Positions 55,501 through 64,000 of a DNA stretch of 64,000 nt are shown piece by piece (position 1 is the stretch's first letter; the number at the start of each line of letters is the position of its first letter). The position numbers were made by a program, and so were the translations under genes. The stretch is from Candidatus Krumholzibacteriia bacterium. Lineage in GTDB: Bacteria > Krumholzibacteriota > Krumholzibacteriia > JAJRXK01. Under the pieces are notes generated by a model, which was given only the letters and a program-made list of their open reading frames with translations, was not told the origin of the DNA and did not search any database. Location of the stretch: the NCBI GenBank assembly GCA_041484665.1, contig JBGPIA010000016.1, positions 51,169-115,168 of the forward strand, written 5' to 3'.

Positions 55501-57332
55501 GGGTTCCAGGGCATGGCCAGGCCAGTGGTCGCGCTCAATGCCGCCAGGTGGTTGCGAGTCTGCCCGCCGATATTGCTGAATCGCCCGCCCGCATAGACCG
55601 TCCCGCCACTGGGCACCACGGTCAAAACCCAGTCGTTGGCGTTCGGATTCCAGGGGGTAGCCAAGCCGGTCGTCGCGTCCAGCGCCGCGATCCGGTTCCG
55701 CGTTGCGCCACCGATGGTGTTGAAGGAGCCACCGACGTAGACGGTGCTTCCGCTCACCGCCAACACGTGAACTCCGCCGTCAGCGCTCGGGTCCCAGGGA
55801 GTCGCGGCACCGGTGGTCGCATCCAGCGCCGCGATGTAGTTCCGCGCCGGCCCTCCAATGCTGAAGAACATGCCACCCGCGTACACGATCCCCCCGCTCA
55901 CGGCCAGGGTGTAGACGACGTCGTACGCGGTCGGGTTCCACGGTGTGACCGCTCCGGTCGTCGCATCCAGCGCCGCGATGAATCTCCGCGATGCTGCCCC
56001 CATGCTGGTGATGTTCCCGCCAACGTACACGGTGCTCCCATTCACGGCCAATCCCTCCACCAGACCGTTGGCGTTCGGGTTCCAGGTCGTGGCGGCACCT
56101 GTGGCGACATCCAGCGCAGCGACGTTGTTCCGCGCCTGCCCGCCGATGCTGCTGAAGAACCCGCCCGTATACACGGTCGTGCCACTCACGGCCAGCGCGT
56201 ACGCGCCATTGTTCGCATTCGGGTTCCAGGCCGTGGCCAAGCCCGACGTGCTACTCAGCGCTGCGACGAAGTTCCGCGGCTGCCCGCCGATGTTCGTGAA
56301 CGTTCCAGCCGCGTACACCGTGCTGCCGCTCAGTGCCAGTGCCCACACCGAGCCAGTGGCATTGGGATTCCAGGCGGTAGCCAGGCCCGTGCTCGCATCC
56401 AGTGCCGCGATGCCGTTGCGCGTCGTCGTTACGCCCATCGTGCTGAAGGCGCCGCCCGCGTACACCGTCGAGCCGCTCACGACCAGCGCCAGCACGACAA
56501 AGTTCGCGTTGGGATTCCAGCCGGACGCAGTGCCGTTCACGCTGCTCAACGCCGCGATATGATTGCGCGTTTGCGCCCCGATGTTCGTGAACTGCCCGCC
56601 CGCATAGACCGTCCCCCCGCTCACCGCCAGTGCGCTCACGGAGTTGTTGGCATTGGGGTTCCAGCTCGTGGCAAGGCCGGTGGTTGCATCCAGCTCCGCG
56701 ATGTTGTTGCGGGCCGCGCCGCCGATGTTCGTGAACTGCCCACCCGCGTACACGAGTCCACCGCTCACCGCCAGCGCGACCACGTTATTGTCTGCGCTGG
56801 GATTCCAGGGCGACAGGGTCCCGTCGGCCAGGATGCGGGCGATATGCGCGCGCGGCACCCCGCTGACGTAGGTAAACTCTCCACCGACGTACCAGCCGCC
56901 TGCGCCATCGGGGACGACGACCCTCACGTCGCCGCCCGCGACCTTCGGGTAGGTGGCGATCGGCGCCCCGGTCGTCCCGTTGATCGGGACCCCCGAGCCC
57001 GTCGCCGGGCCGACCCGCGAGAAAAGGCCGCCGATGTAGAGCACGCCTGCTGACTCGACAGCGGTGTAGACGTCCGCATTCGCCACGTACAGATCTTGCC
57101 GGATCGTCTGGGCGCCGGCGGGTTGGATGAGCAGGAGGAGCAGCGTAAGCAGCGTGGCGAGGCACCCGATCCATGCCAGGCTCCGCGGCGACAGCGCGCA
57201 GCGGGGCCGCGTCGTGGGGCCGGGAACGTGCGCGAGGAGCGCCGGTGCCATTGCTGCCGGACCACGCAGCACAGGCTTCTCTGAGAGTTGGGCGGGCACC
57301 GCTGCAACCTCCTCGCGTGTGGGATCGAGCAT
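52590..57332 (-). CDS. Large secreted protein: about 12 WNPNA propeller repeats, two lamin-tail-like domains, beta-helix, FlgD-Ig tail
   Basis: About 50-aa repeats (VYAGG.F..IGG..RN.IAALD..TG..T.WNPNA). LLINEF...VEIRN and IVMNEV...DYIELYN. YTTIAAA and N.A..GGA. PNPFNP tail. Confidence 0.85.
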   Translation of the reverse strand: MLDPTREEVAAVPAQLSEKPVLRGPAAMAPALLAHVPGPTTRPRCALSPRSLAWIGCLATLLTLLLLLIQPAGAQTIRQDLYVANADVYTAVESAGVLYIGGLFSRVGPATGSGVPINGTTGAPIATYPKVAGGDVRVVVPDGAGGWYVGGEFTYVSGVPRAHIARILADGTLSPWNPSADNNVVALAVSGGLVYAGGQFTNIGGAARNNIAELDATTGLATSWNPNANNSVSALAVSGGTVYAGGQFTNIGAQTRNHIAALSSVNGTASGWNPNANFVVLALVVSGSTVYAGGAFSTMGVTTTRNGIAALDASTGLATAWNPNATGSVWALALSGSTVYAAGTFTNIGGQPRNFVAALSSTSGLATAWNPNANNGAYALAVSGTTVYTGGFFSSIGGQARNNVAALDVATGAATTWNPNANGLVEGLAVNGSTVYVGGNITSMGAASRRFIAALDATTGAVTPWNPTAYDVVYTLAVSGGIVYAGGMFFSIGGPARNYIAALDATTGAATPWDPSADGGVHVLAVSGSTVYVGGSFNTIGGATRNRIAALDATTGLATPWNPNANDWVLTVVPSGGTVYAGGRFSNIGGQTRNHLAALSATTGLAMPWNPNADGEVDAMAISGGTVYVGGDFFTMGVLTRNHIAALDGTTGAVTGWDPNADLDVIALALSGGTVYAGGWFTNIGGQLRSHLAALDATTGAATSWNPNPNTDVNTLALSGGVMYAGGAFTSMSGLPASYIAGISTNAACITPSLQLTLADVDHDAGGRIRVDWSTYTAPVGTTEYRIVRATDPCTLVNSGLLPLGTVAEGAPKQFIDATATNFTDYYYALRVVGAGGVITDILYAGPVVSHPDLLINEFSTAISPKRQPVTSSGNSGAAAGAAKANAAKVGEMVEIRNLASASIDLTGFRLSNGPGAPVPDEEVLSGSVVPGALFVRTLSFIDLPEAGGTLALLPPVGSNYVLDIVAYGTAGGAPAVPPGFSISRVEGTKASDPNATSFETGPATFGVTNTVPLPDLGHSIVMNEVFTGSNSGGDYIELYNPLGSAVVLDQFAISDGVGFLTTLSAQLQLAPGQLLSLQQNAAGSFTQNLTNPLLYLYKVTASGQYQRVDQLGWTGGPPPSAPNDALCRVPDGLAVFLGAQGANWADCGGGTTLKYGPHTPGLPNRDPAVTQVVVDATGAGNYTTIAAALAAVGAGTRVLVNAGTYPGSFALKDGVEVRGAAVNPAQVIVTGVGAVPIVSATGVGPTAVLAGLTVKNGNAPQGGGLLVTNASPTVRNVRFEQNRASTQGGAVAVVSGNPTFVGCFFYKNSSSIDGGAVAVTAGSPQFGTSLFVLNTAAQRGGALFAAGGSTNVQSCVLDRNSSSTTGMGVVHSAGGVVSLSYSAITNDLQGAPLKAEGGGSTGHISFGCGDMFGHPEWFNMAAGGIDTVNVVVADPLFCQPLALNYAYPNGSPLAPLAARCGQNIGVAGPPCATVATGAQSPPAPLVTRLLPPVPNPFNPATTLRFELAVAGKVSLTLYDVRGRRVAELVGGVRLETGAHEAVWTGQDGGGRRVASGVYFARLALDDREVGEPQRLVLLK
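55100..57070 (-). repeat. Coding tandem repeat array, about 150-bp units (approximate bounds)
   Basis: 12 W(N/D)P(N/S/T)(A/P)-containing units counted in the translation. Confidence 0.8.
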
Positions 57333-57652
57333 GGCGTACGGGCTCGCCTAGGCACCAGCTCGCTCGCAGGACCTCGCAGCGGGGTGAGCAGTGTGTCAGG
57401 TGCTCGAGCCGTCGCCGCGCGAAGCAGAACAAGTTGCCCGCTGGGATTGATCCCTCGCGGCCCGCACAACGATGCTACCATCCGCGCAGCCACCTGTCGA
57501 CATGCTGACCGGATGGGCTGGAATCACCCGGTAAAGGAGCACGCGCCCCGTGCTCCATCAGCGGCAAGAGCGCGGGCGAGGCGCGCGGGTGCGCGGGCGC
57601 CCGTGCAGTCGCACTCGATGGCCGCGGGGCGGCCGTTGCGCGCAGGTCATTG

Positions 57653-57678
57653 CGGGAGGCCACCGAAGCAGCCTCCCG
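57653..57678 (-). terminator. Hairpin just downstream of the 57690-62282 gene
   Basis: cgggaggc - 10-nt loop - gcctcccg. Confidence 0.45.
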
Positions 57679-57689
57679 GCGCATGCGAG

Positions 57690-60600
57690 CTACTTCACGA
57701 GCACGGCCTTCTTCCGATCCACGGTTCCAGTGGCCTCCAACTGCACGATGTATACGCCGCTGGAAACCGGCCGGCCGGTGTCGTCGTGGCCATCCCACTC
57801 CACTTGATGGCGGCCAACAGCCTGGAGTCCGGTTTGCAGCGTGCGCACGAGAGCGCCGCGCACGTTGAGCACGCGCAGGGTCACCGGACCTTCGCGCGCG
57901 AGATCGTAGGCGATCGTCGTGCGCGGGTTGAACGGATTGGGGTGGATCGATGCCAGCATCGTGGTGATGGGCGCCGCCGGCACGGGGCTGACGTCGGTCG
58001 CCGCCGGCAGGAGGCGGATCCGGTAGCTGCCCGTCTGGACCGTGCTGGACGAGGTTGCCTTCCACACAGCGAGCGCGCCCCAGGTCTGTTGCGGGATGTT
58101 CACGGTGAACGACTCCCCCTGGCCAGGGCCATTGAGGAACGCCGTTCCGCCGGGCACCCCATCGGACTTGGACTGGAAGGCCTTCGTGGATGTGTGCAGC
58201 GTGAGCCCCCAATCCACCGTGCCCGAGAGGTTCTCGAGCTGGAAGGTCCACCCTCCGGGAAGCAACAGGAAGTCCCACAACTCGATCAGCTTGCCGGCGC
58301 CCAGGCTCGAATCCAGGCTCAGTGGCCATTGCCAAGAGGCTCCGACATAGGTGGATTTCACCGCCTGGGCCGTGTACGTCGAACCGTACGTCGCACTGAA
58401 CGCGCCCGCGTCGAAGGCTCGGGAGGGCTCACCGGTGTTCAGATTGACCAAGACGTAGTCACCCTGGCCACTGCCCCAGTCCGAGCCGACCAGGGGTGTA
58501 TCGAAGCCGTTCTTTGCCCCGGTGGACAGCTCGAAGAGCTCAACGTCCACATCCTCACCAGCACTGGGCATGATGGCGACGGCGTTCCAGCTGCCGCTGC
58601 CCCCGCTCGAGACGAGCACCGGCGTGCGCACGCCGTCGCAGTTGTAGAGAAGCGGCTCTCCGGTGGTAACGTGCGACCAGCCCCCCGTACGTGGCAGCGG
58701 AGCGTAGCGGGTCACGGGCGTTCCCCAGGGCATCGTGGATGGGGTCCAGACCCACTGCTGGCCATTGACATTGTTGGACTCGTCGGACTCCTCGATGGAA
58801 TTCGCCGGGTCGCTCACCACCGATAGCGTGTGCCGCCCGCCGCCGATGGACCACGCCGCGCCCCAATTGAACCAGTTGCTGCTGTTGGGCAGGAAATAGT
58901 CCCACGTGATCCACCAGAAGCTGGAGCCGTCAGCGTAGATGTTGTTGAGCAGGCCGGGGCTGTTGACCGGGCCCTGGTTGCGCACGGCGAGATTGAAGTA
59001 GGTCGAGGCCACGTCGCCTGGCAGCGAGGTCGGAGCCGGAACCGAGAACAGCGTTCCGTCAGGGGCGGGGCGCGGCACGAGCGCCGCGTACCAGCCGCTG
59101 AAGCCCGCATTGGAAGGCATCAGATCGGGCATCGAGCGCTCGACCTCGAGAGCCACCGTGGCCGGTCCGGTGCCGTTGCGCGGATCGCGGCTCAGCACCA
59201 CGCAATTGAAGCCCGTCCCGGGCAGGTAGACGTAGTGGTCCATGTGCCCGCGCCGTTGGGCGGGCGTCACGGTGAACGCATAGGGCATGTCCGCGAGCGC
59301 CCCTGCGGTGAAGTTGCCCTCCAGCCATCGCGCCGTAAACGGCTGCCCCGCCGCCATGAGATCCAGTCCCACACTGTACCAATCGGGGCCGGGGATGTAG
59401 ATCTCCCATAGCTTCAGCATCTCGTCCTGGGCAAACGACACCACGATCGAGTCGCCCACAGCCATGTTGCCGTTGCCCGTATGCACGACGCGGTAGTTGC
59501 TGGTTCCCGTGATGCTGCCGTTGATCACGCCGACGTCGCGTGGGTCCCATCCCCAGGTGTTCCCGTTGACGATCACCGCCTCGAGCACTCCGGCGCCGAA
59601 CCCCGAATAGGCGTCGTACGCCGGGCCGAAGCCGTTGTTCGCCCCCGTGGACGGCGAGGCCAGCATCAGATCGATATCTTGCGCCGGGTTGACCGACTGT
59701 CCGACGACAGCGCTCCACCACGTGACCGGGGTATAGCGCAGGCCATCGCAGTTGTAGAAGAGCGGGTAGGGGTCGCTGCCGCGGATCCACTCCCAGCCCG
59801 CGACGGGGTTCGGCGGCGCCGGCCGCACCGTGGGCATCCCGGGCGTGAGGTTCAGCGGCGTCCACACCCACTGCCTCGCCCAGGCGTTGTCGTTTTCGTT
59901 GCTCTCGGCAACTTGGTCGAGCGCGTCGTGGCGGAAGCCGAAGGTATGGCGCCCGCCCTGCACGGTGACCGGCCCGGCTTGGGTCCAGAAGTACTCCGTG
60001 AATGGGGTTACGGCTCCGATGGTGACGGTATGGATCGCGCGCCCGTCGACGTAGGCCTGGCCGGCGAAGCCGGTGGAGGTCGGCAGGTTGCCGAAGTTGT
60101 AGCCCGCGACGTTGTACCAGGTGTTTCCGCCGCCGGTGAGCGACAGCGGCGCGGGCATGAACCCTTGACTGCCGTCCGCCGCGGGTCGGGGCACCACCGG
60201 ACCGGCCCAGTCCAGACGATTGACCCAGCCCAGGTTGGCAGGTTCGGGTGGGCGGACCGTGGCCGGACCGTAGAAGTTGTAATCGGGGCTCCAGCGACCG
60301 GCACGGTCCACGGCGCGGATCGAGAACCAGTAGCTTCCCGCGGGCAGGTTGCCGGTCGTGTAGCTGGTCACGTCGCCGATGTCCTGGGTCTGGTCGGGCA
60401 TGGTCGGCGCCGCGGCCACGACGACGCTGTAACCGGCAACCCCCGAGCAATCGTCGCCCGCGCGGTTCCACGTGAACTGGATAGAGGGATCGGCGCAGCT
60501 GAAGCACAGGTCATGGCTGGGCGAGGCGAGATTGCTCACCGAGCCCGGGGCGAACTGATCGAGGAGGGTGTACCCGCAGTTGGCCGCTGTCGCCCACAGC

Positions 60601-62282
60601 TGCTCGCACATCCCGTAGCGGTTGCGGAACGCGGTGAGGAATCCAGCGGGGGTGGTCGGCCGGTCGAGGTCGATGCAGGCAAGGATAGGCGCGGGGCCCA
60701 GCGCCAGCCCGTCGATCCCCAGGGGCTCGAGCGGATCGTCGTCCTGCGTGTCATCCTCGATGTCGCGCAGCAACGCGCCCAGGAAGCCCTCGGTGGTCAG
60801 CGGATCGTCGAGCGCGGTGCCGCAGACCGCCACACTTTCCTGGCTGCGGAAGTTGAGTGGCGCGTAGCCGTAGAGGCTCTGGTGCTGCCGCGTGAAGATA
60901 TCGGCCAACCAGTTGGGCATTCCCTCGTTGAATGCGTCGTGGTCGGTCTCACGGCACCACATGCAATGGCCGCAGGCCTGATTCGGAGTATCGCAAATGC
61001 CGTTGCAGTACGTTGGAGCCGTGTTGATGGCGAAAGTGTTCATGAAATGGTGGCCGTACTCGTGCGAGTGCGTGTCCTCGCGCCAGGCGCGGTCCAATCC
61101 GACGTTGATGTTGCCGTTGAAGAACGCTCCGGTGGCTCCGACGGGATAGATGGCGCGCAGGAACGGACAGCCGTAACCCTGGTTCTGCAACCAGCGCCAG
61201 GTGCGCACCAGATCGGTATGGATGTGGACGGCGGGGTTGTCCTGGGCGGCGGGCGGCGAGAAGGCGCCGATGTCGAGATCGGTGCCGTCGTAGTCCACCG
61301 TGATCCCAGTCCGCCACGTGTACGTGGCCAGGAAACCGTTGGTCGTCTGGATCTGGGTATTTTCCAGAGCGAACTCAACGGTGAGATCGGGCTCGCCGTC
61401 GCAGAAGATCGGGCACGGATTCCACAGGAATGTTATGTCGAAGAACCCGAAGGCGTCGGTGATGCCGATCGCCAGCAGATCGGGCGGATACGGGCTGTCG
61501 TCGTCGAGCACGCGCATCGTGACGGCATCGCCGCCGCTGTACCGGCCGTCCGAGCGGTTGTAGCCGAACCGGCCGTGGACGCGGATGTTGCGCACGTGCT
61601 GGGGCTGCGCTGCGCCCGGCTGCTGGGCGGCACCGGTTTTCTCCAGCGGTTGTTCCCGCGGTTGCTCCGCCATTTGCTCCGCCGTTTGCTCCTGCGGTTG
61701 CTGCGCGGATCGCTCCGCCGGCGCGGGCGACCACGAGGGAGCGCCCGCCTGGGGCATGGCAAAGTTGCGTCGCTGGGCTGCATCCACAGGTGCGGCGTCC
61801 CCCTCCGGCGCGCGTCGGGCGGGCAGCGGTCCCTTGGAGAGCGCGTAGGCATCGGCCGAGAACTGGAAAGCCTGCAGGAACGGCCACCCGTCCAGGTCGC
61901 CGGTCACCACCAGGAAGGCTTGCGGATCGCTGGGGATTGCCGCGAACGGCAGAGAGAGCTCCTCTCCTGCGGCGAGCTTCACCGCGGCGGGCGGCGCGAA
62001 GGAGCTGATGCTCCAGCCCTCACCCGCCAATCGCAGATCGGTGACCTCGCCGGCCTGCCGGCTCGTGACGATCAAGACGTCCTCGAGCATCTTACCCGGC
62101 TGTGCTTGCTGAGCTCCCCCGTGGACGCGCACGTCAACGGGCGCCAGCACATCAGCGCGCGCACGCAAAACGGCGAGTGGGGTGGAGAACGCTCCAGCTA
62201 ATGCCGCGGCACCCGCCACGGCCAGCGCCGCGAGCTTCTGCAGGGAAACGTGGCGCGTGTCGCGTGGCGACGTGGCGCTCAT
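57690..62282 (-). CDS. Large secreted zinc-metalloprotease-like protein with duplicated CARDB-like modules and FlgD-Ig tail
   Basis: Signal region, HEYGH and downstream AFNEG. An FN3-like segment. Two GGRHT...E.S.E.NN...QWVWTP...YNCDG modules. PNPFNP tail. Confidence 0.8.
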   Translation of the reverse strand: MSATSPRDTRHVSLQKLAALAVAGAAALAGAFSTPLAVLRARADVLAPVDVRVHGGAQQAQPGKMLEDVLIVTSRQAGEVTDLRLAGEGWSISSFAPPAAVKLAAGEELSLPFAAIPSDPQAFLVVTGDLDGWPFLQAFQFSADAYALSKGPLPARRAPEGDAAPVDAAQRRNFAMPQAGAPSWSPAPAERSAQQPQEQTAEQMAEQPREQPLEKTGAAQQPGAAQPQHVRNIRVHGRFGYNRSDGRYSGGDAVTMRVLDDDSPYPPDLLAIGITDAFGFFDITFLWNPCPIFCDGEPDLTVEFALENTQIQTTNGFLATYTWRTGITVDYDGTDLDIGAFSPPAAQDNPAVHIHTDLVRTWRWLQNQGYGCPFLRAIYPVGATGAFFNGNINVGLDRAWREDTHSHEYGHHFMNTFAINTAPTYCNGICDTPNQACGHCMWCRETDHDAFNEGMPNWLADIFTRQHQSLYGYAPLNFRSQESVAVCGTALDDPLTTEGFLGALLRDIEDDTQDDDPLEPLGIDGLALGPAPILACIDLDRPTTPAGFLTAFRNRYGMCEQLWATAANCGYTLLDQFAPGSVSNLASPSHDLCFSCADPSIQFTWNRAGDDCSGVAGYSVVVAAAPTMPDQTQDIGDVTSYTTGNLPAGSYWFSIRAVDRAGRWSPDYNFYGPATVRPPEPANLGWVNRLDWAGPVVPRPAADGSQGFMPAPLSLTGGGNTWYNVAGYNFGNLPTSTGFAGQAYVDGRAIHTVTIGAVTPFTEYFWTQAGPVTVQGGRHTFGFRHDALDQVAESNENDNAWARQWVWTPLNLTPGMPTVRPAPPNPVAGWEWIRGSDPYPLFYNCDGLRYTPVTWWSAVVGQSVNPAQDIDLMLASPSTGANNGFGPAYDAYSGFGAGVLEAVIVNGNTWGWDPRDVGVINGSITGTSNYRVVHTGNGNMAVGDSIVVSFAQDEMLKLWEIYIPGPDWYSVGLDLMAAGQPFTARWLEGNFTAGALADMPYAFTVTPAQRRGHMDHYVYLPGTGFNCVVLSRDPRNGTGPATVALEVERSMPDLMPSNAGFSGWYAALVPRPAPDGTLFSVPAPTSLPGDVASTYFNLAVRNQGPVNSPGLLNNIYADGSSFWWITWDYFLPNSSNWFNWGAAWSIGGGRHTLSVVSDPANSIEESDESNNVNGQQWVWTPSTMPWGTPVTRYAPLPRTGGWSHVTTGEPLLYNCDGVRTPVLVSSGGSGSWNAVAIMPSAGEDVDVELFELSTGAKNGFDTPLVGSDWGSGQGDYVLVNLNTGEPSRAFDAGAFSATYGSTYTAQAVKSTYVGASWQWPLSLDSSLGAGKLIELWDFLLLPGGWTFQLENLSGTVDWGLTLHTSTKAFQSKSDGVPGGTAFLNGPGQGESFTVNIPQQTWGALAVWKATSSSTVQTGSYRIRLLPAATDVSPVPAAPITTMLASIHPNPFNPRTTIAYDLAREGPVTLRVLNVRGALVRTLQTGLQAVGRHQVEWDGHDDTGRPVSSGVYIVQLEATGTVDRKKAVLVK

Positions 62283-62304
62283 GGAAGGACCTCCCGTCGC
62301 CTGT

Positions 62305-62916
62305 TCAATGGTTCGCGTTGGAGGACGCGCCGGGGTCGGACGGCGCGGCACGCTCCACGGGTGTGCCGGAGCGCGTCGAGGACGTGATCTGTCGGATCGC
62401 GGCCTCCAGCTCATCCGCCATCTGCGTCCGGCCCTCCTGGCGTGCATAGTTCGCTTGGATTCCCAGCACGCGCAGTTGCCCGTCGACCTTCGTGTGCTGG
62501 ATGCTCACCTGGATTGCAAGGGCAGCGGCCGGGTCCTGCTCGGCGCGGAAGCGTGCCTCGAGGGCGGCAATCGCAGCGGCCTCTTCCTCCAGGGCAGCCT
62601 GGATCTCAGCGTGCATCGGCGTGAGCGGCCTTCGCGACATCGAGGCGGCATCGCGACCGGCGGGCTGCGTCCCTGGGGCGATGGCCCCGGGATCGGCCGC
62701 GCCCATCCCGACGGCAGGCAGACTGCTGGCGGACGCGACCGGTGTGGACGCCGCTGGTGCGGACGCCGCTGGTCCGGACGCTCCGGCGGCGGGCGCCACC
62801 TCGCGAGGGGCATCCGGCGGAGCTGTTTTCGCGGGCGCTTCGGCTGCGACCGCGACGAGGATCGAGATGGCCAGCACCCCGAGGACGCTGGCGAGAGCCG
62901 AGTTGGGACGATGCAT
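62305..62916 (-). CDS. Small secreted helical protein directly upstream of the metalloprotease-like gene
   Basis: AGGAGG RBS, signal peptide, Ala/Pro-rich linker and a coiled-coil-like C-terminal half. Confidence 0.7.
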   Translation of the reverse strand: MHRPNSALASVLGVLAISILVAVAAEAPAKTAPPDAPREVAPAAGASGPAASAPAASTPVASASSLPAVGMGAADPGAIAPGTQPAGRDAASMSRRPLTPMHAEIQAALEEEAAAIAALEARFRAEQDPAAALAIQVSIQHTKVDGQLRVLGIQANYARQEGRTQMADELEAAIRQITSSTRSGTPVERAAPSDPGASSNANH

Positions 62917-63080
62917 GGAAACCCCTCCTGGTGGCCCGATCCTGGCGCCGGCGGGAGCCCGGCGCGCTTTGGGTCGTTTCTTCGATAACGCGAATTTCGG
63001 TGGAACCGAACGCAGGATTCGGGTGGGGACACCGCACAGGCCGGGGGCGCCGGGTGGCCGGGCTGCACTGGCGCGTCGGG

Positions 63081-63190
63081 CGGACCAGGGGGACCGGGTG
63101 CGCCGGATGGGCCGGGCGGGTCGGGAAGGCCGGGCGAACTGGGTGCGCGGGGCGGACGGGGCGGACAGGACGCACCGTATGGACCGACCG
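63081..63190. repeat. Degenerate 9-bp tandem repeat tract, intergenic
   Basis: ggaccaggg ggaccgggt gcgccggat gggccgggc gggtcggga aggccgggc ... Confidence 0.55.
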
Positions 63191-63300
63191 CGCTCGGCGC
63201 GCTGGGCCAACCGGACGCAGCCGTCGAACCGTGATGTCGGGCCGGGTGGCTGCTCCGCTGTGACGATGCCCCAGTGACGGTCTTCTTCCTTAGATAGATC

Positions 63301-63386
63301 GGCGCTTCCGGGAATCGTGTAGATGAGCAAGAGTCATGACCCGTCTCAGGCGAGGGTTAGCCGCGGGTAAAGGTCGCGGGCTCCGA
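63301..63386 (-). mobile_element. ISL3-family right-end remnant
   Basis: About 85% identical (13 mismatches in 88 bp, counted by hand) to 63859-63946. Encodes GARDLYPRLTLA* and ends in the terminus GGCGCTTC. Confidence 0.75.
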
Positions 63387-63472
63387 TTGTTCAGCAGCCT
63401 GATAGGGTGTATTCTCCCATGTGGGCCGCTGCGCCCGTTCGAAATCCCCAACCGCTCTATCGGGAGGCAGCA

Positions 63473-63860
63473 ATGAATGGCCAGGCATGCGTCCTACTGC
63501 TCCTCGCCGCAGCGATTCCAGCCATCGATGCCAGCGCTGCGACTCTGCACGGCCAATTCACGATCAGCGCTGTCGTCGATCCGCTGAACGGTAACCCCGA
63601 CACCGACGCTTTCAATCACCTCGTCAGCATTCCCATCGCCTTCGACCTCTCCTTCTCTACGATCGTAGAGGTGTAGTTCAGTGATCAGAGCTTCGTGCGG
63701 CATGCCGAGGTCACGACTCGTCCAGTGCAGGTTTCCTTCACCGGAGACCCTGCGCCGTTCCTCGAGCAAACTGTCGCACCGTTGCTCGCGGGGTCAACGC
63801 TGCGATTCATCATCGAGTACGACGAGTCCTTGCAGCGGACGACGCTGTACGAACTCTTTC
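63473..63860 (+). pseudogene. Secreted protein gene with an internal TAG, truncated by ISL3
   Basis: GGGAGG RBS and signal peptide MNGQACVLLLLAAAIPAIDASA. In-frame TAG at 63674-63676, after which the frame continues to the IS end at 63861. Confidence 0.65.
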
Positions 63861-64000
63861 GGCGCTTCGGGGAATCGTGTGGATGAGTAAGATTCATGAC
63901 CCGTGTCAGGCGGGGTCCATCCGCGGGTAGAGATCGAGGGCTCCGAGGTGGAAGTAGATCGCGTTCCGGAAGCGCTGGCGGTTACGATAGCCGCACGCCA
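63861..64000 (-). mobile_element. ISL3-family insertion sequence: right end and transposase C-terminus (partial)
   Basis: Minus strand reads ACGYRNRQRFRNAIYFHLGALDLYPRMDPA* (stop at 63906-63908), a typical ISL3 transposase tail. Terminus is GGCGCTTCGGGGAATCGTGTGG. Confidence 0.85.

Noticed and set aside
12470..62201. Many long antisense or alternate-frame ORFs (e.g. 12470-14443, 17747-20224, 47128-49686, 59481-62201)
   Set aside because: These are shadow ORFs of real genes in high-GC DNA. They are Arg/Ala/Gly-rich and lack recognisable motifs.
63299..63946. Direct repeats as prophage att sites or integron attC sites
   Set aside because: They are explained by ISL3 transposase 3' ends and termini. 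No integrase is present.

Overview
High-GC bacterial chromosomal window of about 35 genes, with no rRNA, tRNA or CRISPR array seen. It is rich in secreted and surface proteins: four end in a FlgD-Ig/T9SS-CTD-like tail (three with the PNPFNP motif) and one ends in a SWGxxK tail. From recalled lineage patterns this suggests an FCB-related candidate lineage such as Eisenbacteria, Krumholzibacteria or Latescibacteria (inference). Recognisable genes include sthA (5'-partial), murJ, a TolB-propeller amidohydrolase, a two-permease RND efflux operon, LemA/DUF2207, nitrobindin, VOC, a kinase-FGE-hydrolase fusion, a U32 protein, an ATL protein, a TPR-CHAT protein, a P450, TSP3-OmpA, DUF2092-TlpA, a beta-propeller/di-heme cytochrome c, ParB-like and START-like proteins. 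Features the ORF track misses or splits are an IS481 transposase remnant, two ISL3 ends flanking a disrupted gene, a multiply frameshifted SGNH pseudogene and an orphan membrane-anchor fragment. The best leads for novelty are an orphan 56-aa RiPP-like precursor with a lasso/RRE-type leader but a non-lasso core (8587-8757), the divergent TPR-ABM plus HExxH protein pair next to it, a fourfold NPxxVGxW repeat in the OmpA protein, and a secreted HET-C/VWA7-like protein. Domain calls come from motif recognition only; no database searches were run.
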